Part shown: in pieces, positions 39,921 to 53,585 of the stretch
How the letters are laid out: every line of letters starts with the position of its first letter
Position numbering within the stretch: position 1 is the first letter of the stretch
Notes under the pieces: generated by a model
Database searches by the model: none
What the model was told of the DNA's origin: nothing
Seen by the model: only the letters and a program-made list of their open reading frames with translations
Source of the DNA: Eledone cirrhosa
Taxonomy: Eukaryota
DNA length: 64,000 bases
Direction: 5' to 3'
Assembly (NCBI GenBank): GCA_964016885.1
Contig: OZ024740.1
Span: 191,704,001 to 191,768,000, forward strand
Position numbers and translations under genes: made by a program

Positions 39921-41948
39921 GTGACGCTACTCTTCTAGATGTATGTTTCATTACGTGCCGAGTTGGAAGGTTACATACATCCTGAGAACATTCTAGATTT
40001 ATGATATGATGGTATTATGCTGTTCTGCAATATGATATCGAGGGGAATTGCAAAAGAAATGTGCGTTTCCGAATAGACAAGTGTCGACAAGCACATACAA
40101 CTTGGCGAAAATATTACTAAATTTATGAAAACAACAGCATCAACATCAAATATAATAATATATATAAATATGAAAATTGTATTAATCAACACTCTTATTA
40201 AAAATATATGAATAGCAGAATAAGAAAAGAAATATTAAAGTTTAATGACTAACAAAATAAAAAAATAAAAAAATAACACATTCAATGAATACATAATACA
40301 AATATATACATATTACATAAAGAGATACATTGAATTCAGTGACCAAAGATGAATGCTAGTTAATTTTCCTTGCTGTAGAGGAACAATGGGAACTTATATT
40401 TTTAACAAATCGTGATCATGATATTATGCTAAGCAGAATAAAATAATTCCTAACACAAACAAATTAACCTCATGAAAAACATATGAGCACGAAGTACGAA
40501 GGAAATGTCAAAGAGAAGCCATATATATAAATGAGATAAAGAGTTGGTTAAACTATTTCAACATAGATCAGACACAATATTACCAAGAAAATTAGGAATT
40601 GTATTCAGACTGTATTAGAAACAAAAATGGACATTATTCAATTCCTCTTCTTTTCTGATTGTAGGCAAATAAATTGGAATAGCTTAGTCACGATTGTTAC
40701 AATGATTGAATTGCGTAGTTCCCTACAACGGATTAGCACAAAATGAAGAATGTAGTCGATTAAATAACTAGGACTTTGTGGAATTATATACAATAATATC
40801 ATACATTTGCATATAATAATATTGCAAAATTGCTCTATAAGTCATAGACGATTAGTAATTAACATCATATCAATCACGGGTGTATAACCACAGTATTGCC
40901 ATCGAGATACATTATAAAATAACACTGTATATTACATGGTTATGTAATTATGATAATTACCTACATTGTATTGGTTATCATTGTGCATCTACTGGGAGGA
41001 TAAACATTTCAATGCTATTCTTGTAAACGTGTGTATACATTTTCTATGGGAAACCCTGTATATATCATTGAGAAATTCAGTTTTACTTTTTATATATTCA
41101 CTAGAGTAAATCATTGAATAAAGTTTCATCGACAAATATTGATTTTAATACAGTTACCACAATACTACATTCAAAGTTAATCGCTTACAATTATTGCTAC
41201 CATTGAACAGGTGAATATTTTAACAAATATTTTCACTATTACACAACACATTCACAATTTAAGGTTCTTCAAAAAGGCATAAATATAATGAGATCTAATG
41301 TCACTATTATTTCCATGTAGTTTAGGATGGAATCAGTCTTTATGGATGCTTACGTGAAACAAAGAGTAAAATGACGATCTGATAATTCAATTTCTTCCAC
41401 ATATTTCATTCTGATAGTGCCTTCGCAGTATTTTTTCCAGTTTAACGAGAAATATATGTTGTTTTATTCTGGATATTGTTGTAGTACAGAGTAGAAATTG
41501 ATGGTTAAAGGGTGTTTGTGTGTGTGTGTGTGCGGATGTGCGTATGTGTATGTGTGTGTGTGTGTGATCGCGTGCGTGTGCTTGTGTCTGTGTGAGTTGG
41601 ATAAAAGGATAAAGTGTTTAACCGTTGGATAAAATAGTTGTAAAGTTTCGGATGGTTATGTTATATAGATTCGCGGTGTTTGGGCTGGATAGGAGTTGTA
41701 GGGACGTTTAAAAAAGGAGAAGGTGTCTATGTATGTTTCTGGGGAGTGTATTGTGATTGTATTATGTGCAAATATTGAATGTACGCATATAATTATGTTT
41801 GTCTTAATCCTAAAATAACTTCATTTTGATTCTGTCTTTCGATGCGGGTAAAAAACTCGTATATACACAAGCACAGACACACACACACATACACCCACAC
41901 ACATACACACACATATATACACACATACACGCACACACACACCCACAC

Positions 41949-41984
<36 letters not shown>

Positions 41985-42038
41985 GTAGGTCCCGGGTTGA
42001 GTCGGGGATAACCACAGTAAGTAAGGTACTCAATACAT

Positions 42039-42087
42039 GCTTCCTGAAGATTTCATCTGAATGAAACAGTACTAGTCCCGTAGAAGC
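42039..42087 (+). ncRNA. Type I hammerhead motif, family A variant
   Basis: GCTTC-CTGAAGA-T-TTC-ATCT-GAA-T-GAAA-CAGTACTAGTCCCG-TA-GAAGC. Confidence 0.75.
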
Positions 42088-42119
42088 TCCTTCTATAATA
42101 TATATATATATATATATGC

Positions 42120-43030
42120 ATATGTTTTTATACTTGGGGAGGGTCATATGTTTGTAATATTATTGCCAGAAATAATAACAGAACGCACTCACTGTCTGGT
42201 TGGTTTTCGCTTCTATATATTTTATATCTCCATAGTTAATTTATTTCGCAATCAATGTTTACCATTGATTGACAAAGCGTTAAAAATTCAGATATAAATA
42301 TATATATATATATATATAGTCAATCAGATTTCTTTCGTTGCACATTTTTATTTTAATAGCGTAGACATTCAATACAATAGGAAGGGACATAATAGTACCA
42401 CTGATGATGTTGCAGATGTGCAACGAATGAACTTTGATAGACTATATATATATATTTATATCTGTATTTTTAACAATTGGTTAATCAATGATAAATATAG
42501 ATTGCAAAATGAATTAACTACGGAGATATAAAAGATACAGAAACGAAAACAAACCAAACAGTGAGGGTGTTCTGTTATTATTTATGGCAATATTATTACA
42601 ACAATATGGCTCTCCCCAAGTATAACAATATCTTTAAGTCGTTTGGAAGCCTCGACATTGCAAATGGGTAAATCTCCGGGTAACAAGATCCGGTGGTGGA
42701 GAGAGAGATGTAAGTGGGTTTACGTTTAGATGTGTGTGGTGTATAAGACGTGTAGAAGAATGAAGGAAAGAGTATTAAGGATACAATTAAAATAAGAACA
42801 CGAGAGAGAGAGTTACCTTGGGAGAGATGTAATTGTCCCTATATATTTAGGATTCACATCCATCAACTGGGTTTTTTCCGTGGTGGGGGAAAGGTTGTCT
42901 GTCGGAAAGGTGCGAAACGCGTTCTCCGCTGTTTGTTGTTTTGAATATCTGTTTCGACACACGATTTCATATCTAAAACCTTGCAAAAACTGTTCCTCAC
43001 CGTATAGGCATATGTCTATATATATATATG
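42120..43030. mobile_element. ~510-bp fold-back (42120-42631) joined to a probable PLE coding remnant; decayed hammerhead at 42396-42439
   Basis: Arms tatacttgggagagggtcata..cgttgcacat / atgtgcaacg..ctctccccaagtata; CTGATGA-T-GTTGCA-GATG-TGCAAC-GAAT; minus ORF ICLYGEEQF..RNRYSK..PKYIGTIT weakly PLE-like. Confidence 0.7.
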
Positions 43031-43434
43031 GGCGGAAGAACTCATAAGAGTCAACGGCCATCTGAAAGTGTGTAAATATGTATCTACACATGTACCACGC
43101 GGTTAAACCACTGGGAGTGAAGGGCCCCTAGCTTTTGTCAGGGCATTATTCTAGGACCAGGCAACTCAGGAAACTGGGATATCAATGATATCAAACCTGC
43201 AGCTTAGTAGTTAACGATCATGTTCATCTTTTCTTCTTTTCTGGTTATAGCTACTGTCTCTCAGAGAGTGGGATTAGCTTAGTGCACAGTCTTTCCTCAC
43301 TTTAAAAGATATCTTCAAGCACAGGCATTGCATGATACAATGAATTAATAATTATTACTAATGATATAACGTGCAATGGCCATACTCGATAACGAGGGGA
43401 CATTCATCATATATATATATAGAGAGAGAGAGAA

Positions 43435-44413
43435 GTGGTTACACAACAGTTAGGACTTGAGTTAGGACTTAGGATAAAAGTAGTTACCAACCTCTCTAGC
43501 GTAGAATTATTATACATTAATTTAGACCTTCGCACACATCCCTACACACCCTTCCATAAGCTAAACGAAAAACACAATTACATTCACAAGGACTCATGCC
43601 ACCCTCCCACTGTTTTTAGAAACTTCGTTAAGAATACCAGTACTAGAATCTCAAACCTCTCTTCTAATAAGTCTATATTTGACAGGGCGGCACTCTACTA
43701 TAACACGGTGTTAGCTACCAGCAGCTTCTCGCAACCTAGCATTTACTCTCCCACTAACAACAACATCAATAAGAAAAGAAAGCGTAACAATATACACACT
43801 ATCTGGTTCTCTCCTCCCTTCTCACTCAACGTTAAAACCAATGTAGGCAAAAAAGTCTAGCCCGCTTAGATAAACACTTTCCCATAGGTCAGAAATACCG
43901 ATCCATCTTTAACCAACACAAAGTAAAACTAGGATACTTCTGCGCTAAGAATATGAAGGCCCACATCACCAACAACCCTAAAACAACAACCCACCAGGGT
44001 GCTCTTGCCGTTAGACCGAAGCTTGTCTCCTTCAACAGCAATGCAACACACCCGCTGTAGTTTATGAAGCTGTGGTCACTTCAAACCGACCAAATCAAAC
44101 ACAGGAAGTCAAATCCTATTAGGGTATGGCGCAGGGCCGATTTAAGGAAGGCTTCCTGAACCACCAGTCGACCTTTAGTTACCTGGACAGTCGTTCATCC
44201 ACGAAACTCGTGAGCCACATATGGTCCCTCAATGACTCAAGTATAGACTACTACATTGAATGGAAAGCCATCACTAAGTCCAAGCCATATGCAAGGGGCA
44301 ATCCGTCGTGCGGACTATGTATTGATGAACGAATACATATTCTAAAGAGACTACGCTATAGTGATTGGCTACACACGAGAAATGAATTATTCACACGTTG
44401 TCCACACGTCTGA
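43435..44413 (+). pseudogene. Penelope-like ORF remnant: RT thumb plus GIY-YIG endonuclease
   Basis: INLDL..PFHKLNE..YIHKDSCHPP, WFSPPFS..VKTNVGK, VVYEA, FKEGFLNH, STKLVSHIW, CGLCIDER, LHTRNELFTRCPH. Confidence 0.85.
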
Positions 44414-44617
44414 AAACACCTCTTACATAACTACAAAGCTCCGGATTGAATTACAACAACATCCTAATATTCATATCAACTAGAAACTTTCGGACTTTCG
44501 CAGTTATCTCCGTTACACCTCTCGCACACAATTTGGTATTGGCTGTGTGGAGTGATCGTTTCAGCGCATCCACGTTCGTACGGTTGTCCTTCCTGTTCCG
44601 TATAACCATGTCCACTA

Positions 44618-44655
44618 CGATCTGAGGATCCGCTAATGTGAAACAATTGTTCTCG
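44618..44655 (+). ncRNA. Decayed hammerhead in the 3' pLTR of the 43.4-44.4 kb PLE
   Basis: CGAT-CTGAGGA-TCCGCTAATGT-GAAA-CAATTG-TT-CTCG; sense to ORF, ~200 bp after stop; stem II poor. Confidence 0.55.
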
Positions 44656-44783
44656 GTATGGTGAACTAACTGTTGTGTAACCACTTCTACCTAACTTGTC
44701 CCATGGACTGAGTGCTCTCCACTACGGATATTACCTTCCAGTGTTCTACCACTATATATATAGCACTAGTTCCGTCAACATCT

Positions 44784-44852
<69 letters not shown>

Positions 44853-45019
44853 AAATATATTTACTCATATATATATGAGTAAATATATTTTGAAACGGGG
44901 AGTGAGTTGGAAATTAAAAAGAGAAACTTTCACCGTATCTTTTGACTAGTTAGCCTGATATTTGGGTTGAGAACCCTCCAAAAATGAAAGAAGATGAGTA
45001 TACATATATATATATATAT

Positions 45020-45990
45020 AAATGTAATCTGAGTTTTTCCGAATATTAATTATGCAATTGTACAAACAACCCTGAATTGTATATCCATGTCAGTAGAATG
45101 AACCCTTCATTCTTGCTCTTGTGTTGGCATATGAACAGAACTGCACACACTAATGTTTCTGGGTATCACCCTTCATCAGTACAGATCACTGTTCACCTGC
45201 CAAACTGGCTGATCAGTCAGATCTGCATATTAGCAGATACACGAATCAACTAGATTTGCATATCAGCAGACTGGCCAGTCAGTTTCTCATGTACGAGCGA
45301 TAAATTACCAGCTTTGCCAAATTTAAATAAAAAAGATTTTTCGCTCTACATGGTTAAATACAATAAATGTAATCTGAGTTTTTCGAATATTAGTAATAAC
45401 ATTCGATTCGTTTGTAATTATGCAAACAAGCCTCAATTGTATAGCCATGTCAGTAGAATGAACGCTTCATTGTTGGTCTTGTGCTGGCATGTGAACGGAA
45501 CTGTATCGAATGATATTATTAATATTCGAAAACCTCAGATTCCATTTATTGTATTCAGCCATGTAGTGCGAACATATCCTTTTTTATTTGAATTTGGCAA
45601 AACAGGCTATTTATCGCTCGTACACAGAGAAATGACTGGCCAGTCTGCTGATATGCAAATCTAGCTGATCAGAGGATCTGCTATTATACAAATTAGGCCA
45701 ATCAGTCACTGTGTATGTTTGAAAATAGCATATATTTTCACCAGCTCTGACAGTTCGGCAGGTGAACAATAAGCTGTACTGATGAAGGGTGAAGGCCAGA
45801 AAAATCAGTGCCTGCAGTTCTGTTCTAATGCCAACACAAGAGCATGAATAACGGGTTCATTCTACTTCTGTGGCTACACAATTGAGGCTTGTTTACATAA
45901 TTGCAAACGAATCGAATGTTATTATTATTATTCGAAAAAATCATATTATGTATATTGTATTTAGTCATGTAGAGCGAACATTTTTCTTTT
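45020..45990. mobile_element. Tandem-plus-inverted array of a ~345-bp hammerhead-containing monomer (retrozyme-like)
   Basis: Unit 45020-45365, partial repeat 45366-45505, inverted ~1.3 units 45506-45990; HHRs at 45141-45184 (-) and 45773-45818 (+). Confidence 0.85.
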
Positions 45991-47506
45991 ATATATACAT
46001 ATATATATAAACAACCACACACAATTTTATACGCACGCATCCATCCAACTAGACCTGTACACACATATACGTACATAGAGATGTACATACACACACGTAT
46101 ACACAGGCACATGCATTCTGTATGGGTTATTTAAGAGAGGTATGTGTTTGTTTTGTGTATGTTTTAGATGCTAACTTCGAGCCTGTGAATCACGGAATAG
46201 TACAATCAATAAATGCACATCTGATCACATGTTGCTTTTTACATCTACGCATAGCGTATGCCCGCGGGGTTATGCAAATGTGGCGTTACGAAGATATGCT
46301 CGATTGTGGGTGTTAGGTAAGTTACTAAGGACATTGCTGTAATCTAATGTCATCTAAAATGACAGAAAACTACATTTCCCAGTTTTATAATCAGCTTCCT
46401 TTGAGAAGAGAAACGAAACTAAAATAAATTATTTGATTTTTAAACTTTATTTCTTGTTTTCGTTTGTTTTATTTCGGACAGACACAGAGTTTTCAAGTTT
46501 CTTGATTTTCAAATACTTCTCGGAGAAAATGAAGGAAATGTATTCTATTTTCAGACTTAATATATCTTTTGCCTAAATCAATTGATTTATTTTAGGCACA
46601 ATATTTTGTGTGACAGTCATTAATTTATAGTCTTTTTTTCTGTAGGCAGTAGTAGCTAATGATATTTACTTTCAATACTGCAAATATGTGAGATAATATT
46701 TTTACCGTAATTTATGTACTTTTTGTGTTGATAGCTAAAGAAATATTCGTAGAACTCAAAGACAGAAAGACATTTAAAGCAGAGCTACTAAATTATGTTA
46801 ACATTTAACACCGCTTAATCACCCAAGATGTAGAAGAGGAAAAGCTAAGTCTAATCACAGAATCTAATCTTTAAATATGCAAATATTGTGTCTAGGAGTA
46901 ATTTTCATATTACATTTGCATACCAATACATTGATTTCTATAAAATCAGTAAATAATAATAAAGTAGGCAAGAGGGAGAAGTTTGGTAAATTTGATGAAT
47001 CTTTAAAGAAGTATTAATAAAATATACGATATACATTCTTCTATATAATCAATATAATGATGATATATTTCAGCGATTACTTCCAAAAACCAGTAATTAT
47101 TTTAATTCGAATACGCGTAAGCAATTTAGAAATAAAGACCTCACTTATTACTTAAATACGTGACCATAATTTTATCACTAAGCCTCTCTCAGTTAACTAT
47201 AAAAATATATGATTACATTAATTTATGTGTATTTAGTTAAGTCTTTTGTAGAAAATGGTTTGCGTTATGTACCATTATAAAAACAATAAAGTTTAAATTC
47301 TTTAAACATATATGATAATTAAAAACATTATGGAATTAATTTATTTTGACAAACATTTACAAATAAAGATGAATTAATTATAAAATCCAGTAACATTAAT
47401 CAGCATGATAAGAATTCGAGATAATGAAATAATACATTTCAACAGGCATAAAGAAGACTTTGGGGAATATTCACAAAATAACGAAGAATATTGCTCGTAG
47501 AATTGT

Positions 47507-48105
<599 letters not shown>

Positions 48106-48247
48106 TTGTCATACACTGCTCCGAAGCAGCATAGAGTGCTAATCCGGCACACCGCCTATGGATCCATCCTAGCAATCATACAACATATATATAAAATAAA
48201 GTATTAAAGTCAAATATTTATGATATGGCTTCGTTTATTAAAGATGT

Positions 48248-48302
48248 ACTGCTATATATATTTCGGTGACAGCCATCCTTGGCTGTGACCTCTTCAGGCA
48301 GT
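48248..48302 (-). ncRNA. Type I hammerhead ribozyme motif (intact core)
   Basis: ACTGC-CTGAAGA-GGTCACAGCC-AAGGAT-GGCTGTCACC-GAAA-TATATA-TA-GCAGT. Confidence 0.88.
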
Positions 48303-48471
48303 CCGAATTGGTATGGTAGAGACAGGTACACATGTTGTTGAAATGTTTAACCAGATATGATTCCCGTTCCTCATAGAAATAACAAGCCAACCAGGAACTG
48401 GGCATATCGGAGCATTGATGAAGTGATAAATTTCAACAACATGTGTACCTGTCGATACCACAGCAATTCGG

Positions 48472-48525
48472 ACTGCCTGAAGAGGTCACAGCCAAGGATG
48501 GATGTCACCGAAATATGTATAGCAT
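48472..48525 (+). ncRNA. Type I hammerhead motif (mirror copy with a few substitutions)
   Basis: ACTGC-CTGAAGA-GGTCACAGCC-AAGGAT-GGATGTCACC-GAAA-TATGTA-TA-GCA. Confidence 0.78.
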
Positions 48526-48865
48526 ACACCTTTAATAAACTAAGGCACATTTTAAATATTTAACTTAATTATTTTATTGTACATTACTCCGGAGTAAGCA
48601 AACCAACCAGCATACTTCGTCGAGCGCTCCAATCTGCATACTGAGGTGTCGGTAAACAACCAACATATAATCAGAAAAAAAAGAAATATATATATATACA
48701 CACACCTTGGTATAATACCAATATTATATATCATTTCACACCTTTTATTATTAAGGTTTTTGATGTTCTATTGAGAGAATCGTTTTAACTGAAAATATCG
48801 AATAATGTACACCATTTTTACCAGTATCTTTAAAATACTGGTCCACCCACACACATACACATTCT

Positions 48866-48911
<46 letters not shown>

Positions 48912-48940
48912 TACACACGCGTACATTAACATACAAAGAG

Positions 48941-48992
<52 letters not shown>

Positions 48993-49136
48993 CTCCGTAT
49001 AAGACAAGAGCTGAAAAATATATTTTAACATGTTAAAATAACCCTCACTCACTTACAGACACATTCCTACTGACCATCCCTCTACCACGAATAACTCTGC
49101 TACACACACACACACACACACACTGACACACACACA

Positions 49137-49178
<42 letters not shown>

Positions 49179-50427
49179 TCTTAATAGGCATTTGAACTGT
49201 CAACAGGCTGTGGTTCACACACACATCCCTGCTGACCAATATCACAACAACGAACCCCTTTACTACTACTACTACTACACACACACACACACATATTTTT
49301 CTTGGAAGACTTATTTTTCAGTGACTTCTCAATCAGCAGAGACACCTACATTTGGCGCAAAATCAATTTTTAACATTCACATGACCTCTACCGACCAATC
49401 AAAATTGTTTTGACCACAATAATTTTTTCATACATCTGGAGCCACTTTCCAAAACTAATCAGATTAGAGCAAACATCACGGGTGCTCTATCTCGAAATTA
49501 TTTTTGAAAAGCATTAGAAATGCGCAACCGGTAAAACTTTAAACCAAAACTGAATACTAACCAACACTAATACTAATTTTTACTTATTCCTAATTAAACT
49601 ATTTTTCACTGGGAACAATCTGTCAGCATTTTCTTTTCCTTTTACCAATATATATAAATATATATATATATATATCTAAAATGCAGCTGGAGTCTTTCTA
49701 AGAATATTTATTAATTTCCTTTACTTGTTTCAGAGTTCTTATGCTTTTCGAAATTGAAATTGAGATGGAGGATTTGTGGATTGTTTCGCATCTGATTCGT
49801 GTTCGAAAGTTCTTTTTGTTTTATGTCGCAAGATTGGCTCGAATCGGTATTTATTTTTTAAAGTAATTTGGTTGGTTGATGACTTTCACGTGAATAAGTT
49901 CATCGAATTTCGCGGTAGTTCCTTTTTTAAGGTTCTTTATTGCCATGTTAATTGTTGGCTATAGTCACATGATTGGCCATATAATATATGCGCGAGAAAG
50001 GGATGGTTTGTCATAGAATGTTTTCTGCCAAACCAAAGACAATGGTCAAGAAATGGAAGCGGGAGAAATTGTTCTGGTTCAGTGAGTATAGGTCATGTCG
50101 TGGCGAGGTGTCACAATTAAGATTTTCTATTGAAATAAGTTGACTATGTGTGTCGATGCTGGTGGCAGGGTAGAAAAGAGAAATCTATTTATTTATCTGT
50201 GTGTGTGTGTGTGTGTGTATGTGTGTGTGTGTGTGGGGGGGGGGTATGTGTGTGTATGTGTGTGTATGTCTGTGTGGATAACAAAGCGGTTTATCGTCTT
50301 GATAATTGAAATAAAAATGATTCCATTAGTAGAAATGTTGAAGAGCGTTATGTGTGTGTGGTGGTGGTGGTGTGTGTGTGTGGGGGGGGGGGGGGGTTAG
50401 TAGAAAGTTAAGGCGTTAAAATATTGG

Positions 50428-50632
50428 TTTCTTAGATATAGGCTCAAGGCCAGCAATTTGCGAGAAGGGTAAAGTCAATTAAATCGACACCAGTCCGTAG
50501 CTAGTACTTTATTTTATCGACCCCATAAGGGTGGAAGGCAAAGGTGAGCTCGGCAGGATTTGAACTCAGATCATAAAGGGCCGTATCTCTATAATGTAAA
50601 GCATGGCGTTCAACCCTCTACCGATACTGTCA
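50428..50632 (-). mobile_element. SINE family 1 copy
   Basis: Reverse complement of gagttcaaatcctgccgag..gccttccacccttatggggtcgataaaataaagtac. Confidence 0.8.
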
Positions 50633-50769
50633 ATTTACGTATGTTAAAGTATATGTATTTAGCTCTGTGTGTGTATGTGTGTGTGTATGTGCGTGTGTGC
50701 GTGTGCGTGTGTATATGTGTGTGTGTGTGTATGTGTGTATGATTAGCATGTTATGGTGTTAACATATTA

Positions 50770-51300
50770 ACGTATATTGAACTATATTTAAGGTCGGTCT
50801 ATATGTTTCAATAAACATATTTTCCTTATTTATTAGTATATGGACTGTTGTAATGTCAGTGCGAAGATCAAGTGGGAAGATTTGGAATTTGGCTGTCCTA
50901 TTGTTTGCACATATGTAATCTTCATTACATCCTTTATATTTAATGGCATCAAACACATTTTTTGATGAGGAAGTGAAATAAATTTTACAACAAAATGTTA
51001 TCCTGATTGGAATGTCTACGTTGTGCTTTCAATGAGGTGAGTGCAATTTGCGCAATTAGAGCGACCAGAACTTTTAAGAGTTGGCTTTGGGTATTCGGTG
51101 GATAACTTGGCATTGGTGAGTAATGGTTTTAGTGATATAGGTTATCTTTTGGTTTTGATTATTTTGTGTGTTTCAAGCTTTTTTCGTTCGCGTGTCTTGT
51201 TTCAATAGTTGGATGGCCTTGTGAATAATATTGTTTGATTCCGTACTTCTTGGGTTTTGTGTTGAGATACATGATAGAATATTGGACATGCCTTTTGTTT
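50770..51300 (-). pseudogene. Neptune-like PLE linker and GIY-YIG remnant
   Basis: ISTQNPR..IIH, IIKTKR*PISLKPLLTNAK, GRSNCANCTHL, SSKNV..IKYKGCNEDYI, KENMFIETYRPTLN. Confidence 0.65.
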
Positions 51301-51333
51301 TGTTTCAGTCTTCGTATATATATATATATATAC

Positions 51334-51375
<42 letters not shown>

Positions 51376-51554
51376 AATACATACACATATATATAATATA
51401 TATATATTTATACATACATATGTATATATATATATACTTACACACATACATATATATATATATATATACATACATACATACACATATATATAATATATAT
51501 ATATTTAAACACACATATGTATATATATATATGTGTGTGTGTGTGTGCGTGTGT

Positions 51555-51634
<80 letters not shown>

Positions 51635-51850
51635 GTATGTTTTTTGTGTGTCTGAATATGTCTGTGTATAATTGTTAGTTAAATTACTCAAGGAGGCTGT
51701 GTAGACGGAAAATAACAGTTAAGTGGGAATTGCCATATTTAATAAAGAATGCATTAACATTACCTTTGGCATCGTTTATTGGTTCTTAAAGGAGTATATT
51801 AAAGGAATATATTTACATAATATTAAAGTACATCTTTGAAATACAGATTT

Positions 51851-51895
51851 CCTCGTACTTGACGAAGTATCGATACGGAAATAATTGACTAGAGG
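51851..51895 (+). ncRNA. Decayed hammerhead-like motif upstream of and antisense to the 50.8-51.3 kb PLE
   Basis: CCTCGTA-CTTGACGA-A-GTAT-CG-ATAC-G-GAAA-TAATTG-AC-TAGAGG. Confidence 0.4.
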
Positions 51896-53389
51896 CACAG
51901 TTATTACTCACTAAATTGAATAGAATAAATTTCAATTAATCTCATTTATTCTCTATAACCAGTGAACATTCTGCTAGCACACCATTGCGATTAAAGAAAA
52001 CGGTAATGGCCTCAGCCGGATGGCTGGAACAGGACATAGAGTAAAAGAGTATACAAATATCATATGCCAGAACAGAAAGAAGCAAATATTCTCTACTCTG
52101 TGTGCATCAGATTATAATGAAGTTTGGCACATGTGCAAAAGCCATGTCTACATGTAACATTTGCTACGTCCACTTATATAAAATAGTCATTGTCAATTTA
52201 GGGAGCCTCTCCTTATTACTATTCTGGGGAGGATAATAAAATATAAGCTTTTCTAATAAAGTCAATTTGGATTGAACCATGTCCGGAGTCTCGCCAATAC
52301 AACTGCATGATATTATTGATATTTCTAACTGCCTATTGTTACCCCATAATTACTGATATAGTTATTAAGTTTTATCTCAATTTCCGATATTAGCATAATA
52401 TATTATAATTTTCGTTTTCATATGCCAGTCATTGGTAACCTACACATCTGTCAGGTAGATAGACAGGGGAATCTATGACTCATTATACAGGTCTTGATTC
52501 TCATAAAAATATTTATCAGTAGAGTGTTGGTTTTTATAACGATCTTCTGATATACATTGTTAAATGACGTACACAATCATACATACAATCATAAACCCAT
52601 CAATTTCCATTCCTTCTTAATACCTTTTTAAAAATAGAGTTCTCTTCATTAATCATAGAAAATGAAATAATCAAGTAAAATGGAAAATGTAGTAAATCTC
52701 GACACGCTGAAACATTTGGTACTTCTGGATACAGTTAAGAGTATATTATTGTAATTTTCTTTCCCAGTTGATTTGAAGATCGAAAATATTATAGCTTTCT
52801 AAGGTTGTAACTTTTTATTCAAGTCATTTAAATAGATACGATGAATTTCAAATTTATTCATAAATATAATAGTGTTTTGCATCAGAGAAATAGCATAGCT
52901 TTGGGAAGTTTTCTTCTTGGAGCCTTTAAACATTTAATAACTTCTGACAATTCATATCTTAAGGTCATGACTCTAAAATGTTCTATTAATATTTATCACT
53001 CAAAGGTATTATTTATTGTGCTTGATGCTGCAAAATGAAATACAACGTATCATTAGATTGTTAGTGGGAGAATAAATTTAAATTCAACATGTGAATAATA
53101 AAACAAGTTTTATGATTTGTATCTAATTCCCATAGTGGACCAGACAAAATGAAATGGTATATGGAACGAAATGTTCCAATCAAATTATTGGCCGTAAAGT
53201 GCGTTTCTTCCCGAAATACAAGTTATTATATTGATGCACTCAGTGATAAACTGTTTAAGAGTAATTACATCACTCCTCGAGAAAATATAATCTGTTGCAG
53301 GGAAGCAGTATTTAGGAACGTCAAAACCAATCCAACTAATATGTTCTATCCAGTTTGTATTTAAAAAAGTCTAAAGTCAAGAAGCTTAT

Positions 53390-53585
53390 CAGGCCAGTGC
53401 GTATCCCCGTGGCCTGAAGCGAGTGACAGTATAAAACTCTCCCCTAGATATGACGCCTGGAAATCGAGGGATGAAATCCCAAGTTATTACTCGTATTCAG
53501 TATTCAACACTAAACCCAGTCCAGCAATCGAGCCCATGACATTATGTTCATAAATCCAACACCCTTACCATTATCCCACGCGCCG
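53390..53585 (-). mobile_element. Degenerate tRNA-derived SINE
   Basis: Minus: ggcgcgtgggataatggtaagggtgttgg..gggctcgattgctgga. Confidence 0.45.

Larger units (their letters stand above)
48228..48546. mobile_element. Fold-back element with two divergent family B hammerheads
   Basis: Arms 48228-48344 and 48430-48546 are reverse complements; ~85-bp spacer. Confidence 0.88.

Noticed and set aside
51159-51386. [13 protein letters not shown] resembling the piggyBac KP.KYGIK motif
   Set aside because: No other piggyBac motifs; an alternate frame gives a coherent PLE linker (ISTQNPR..IIH)
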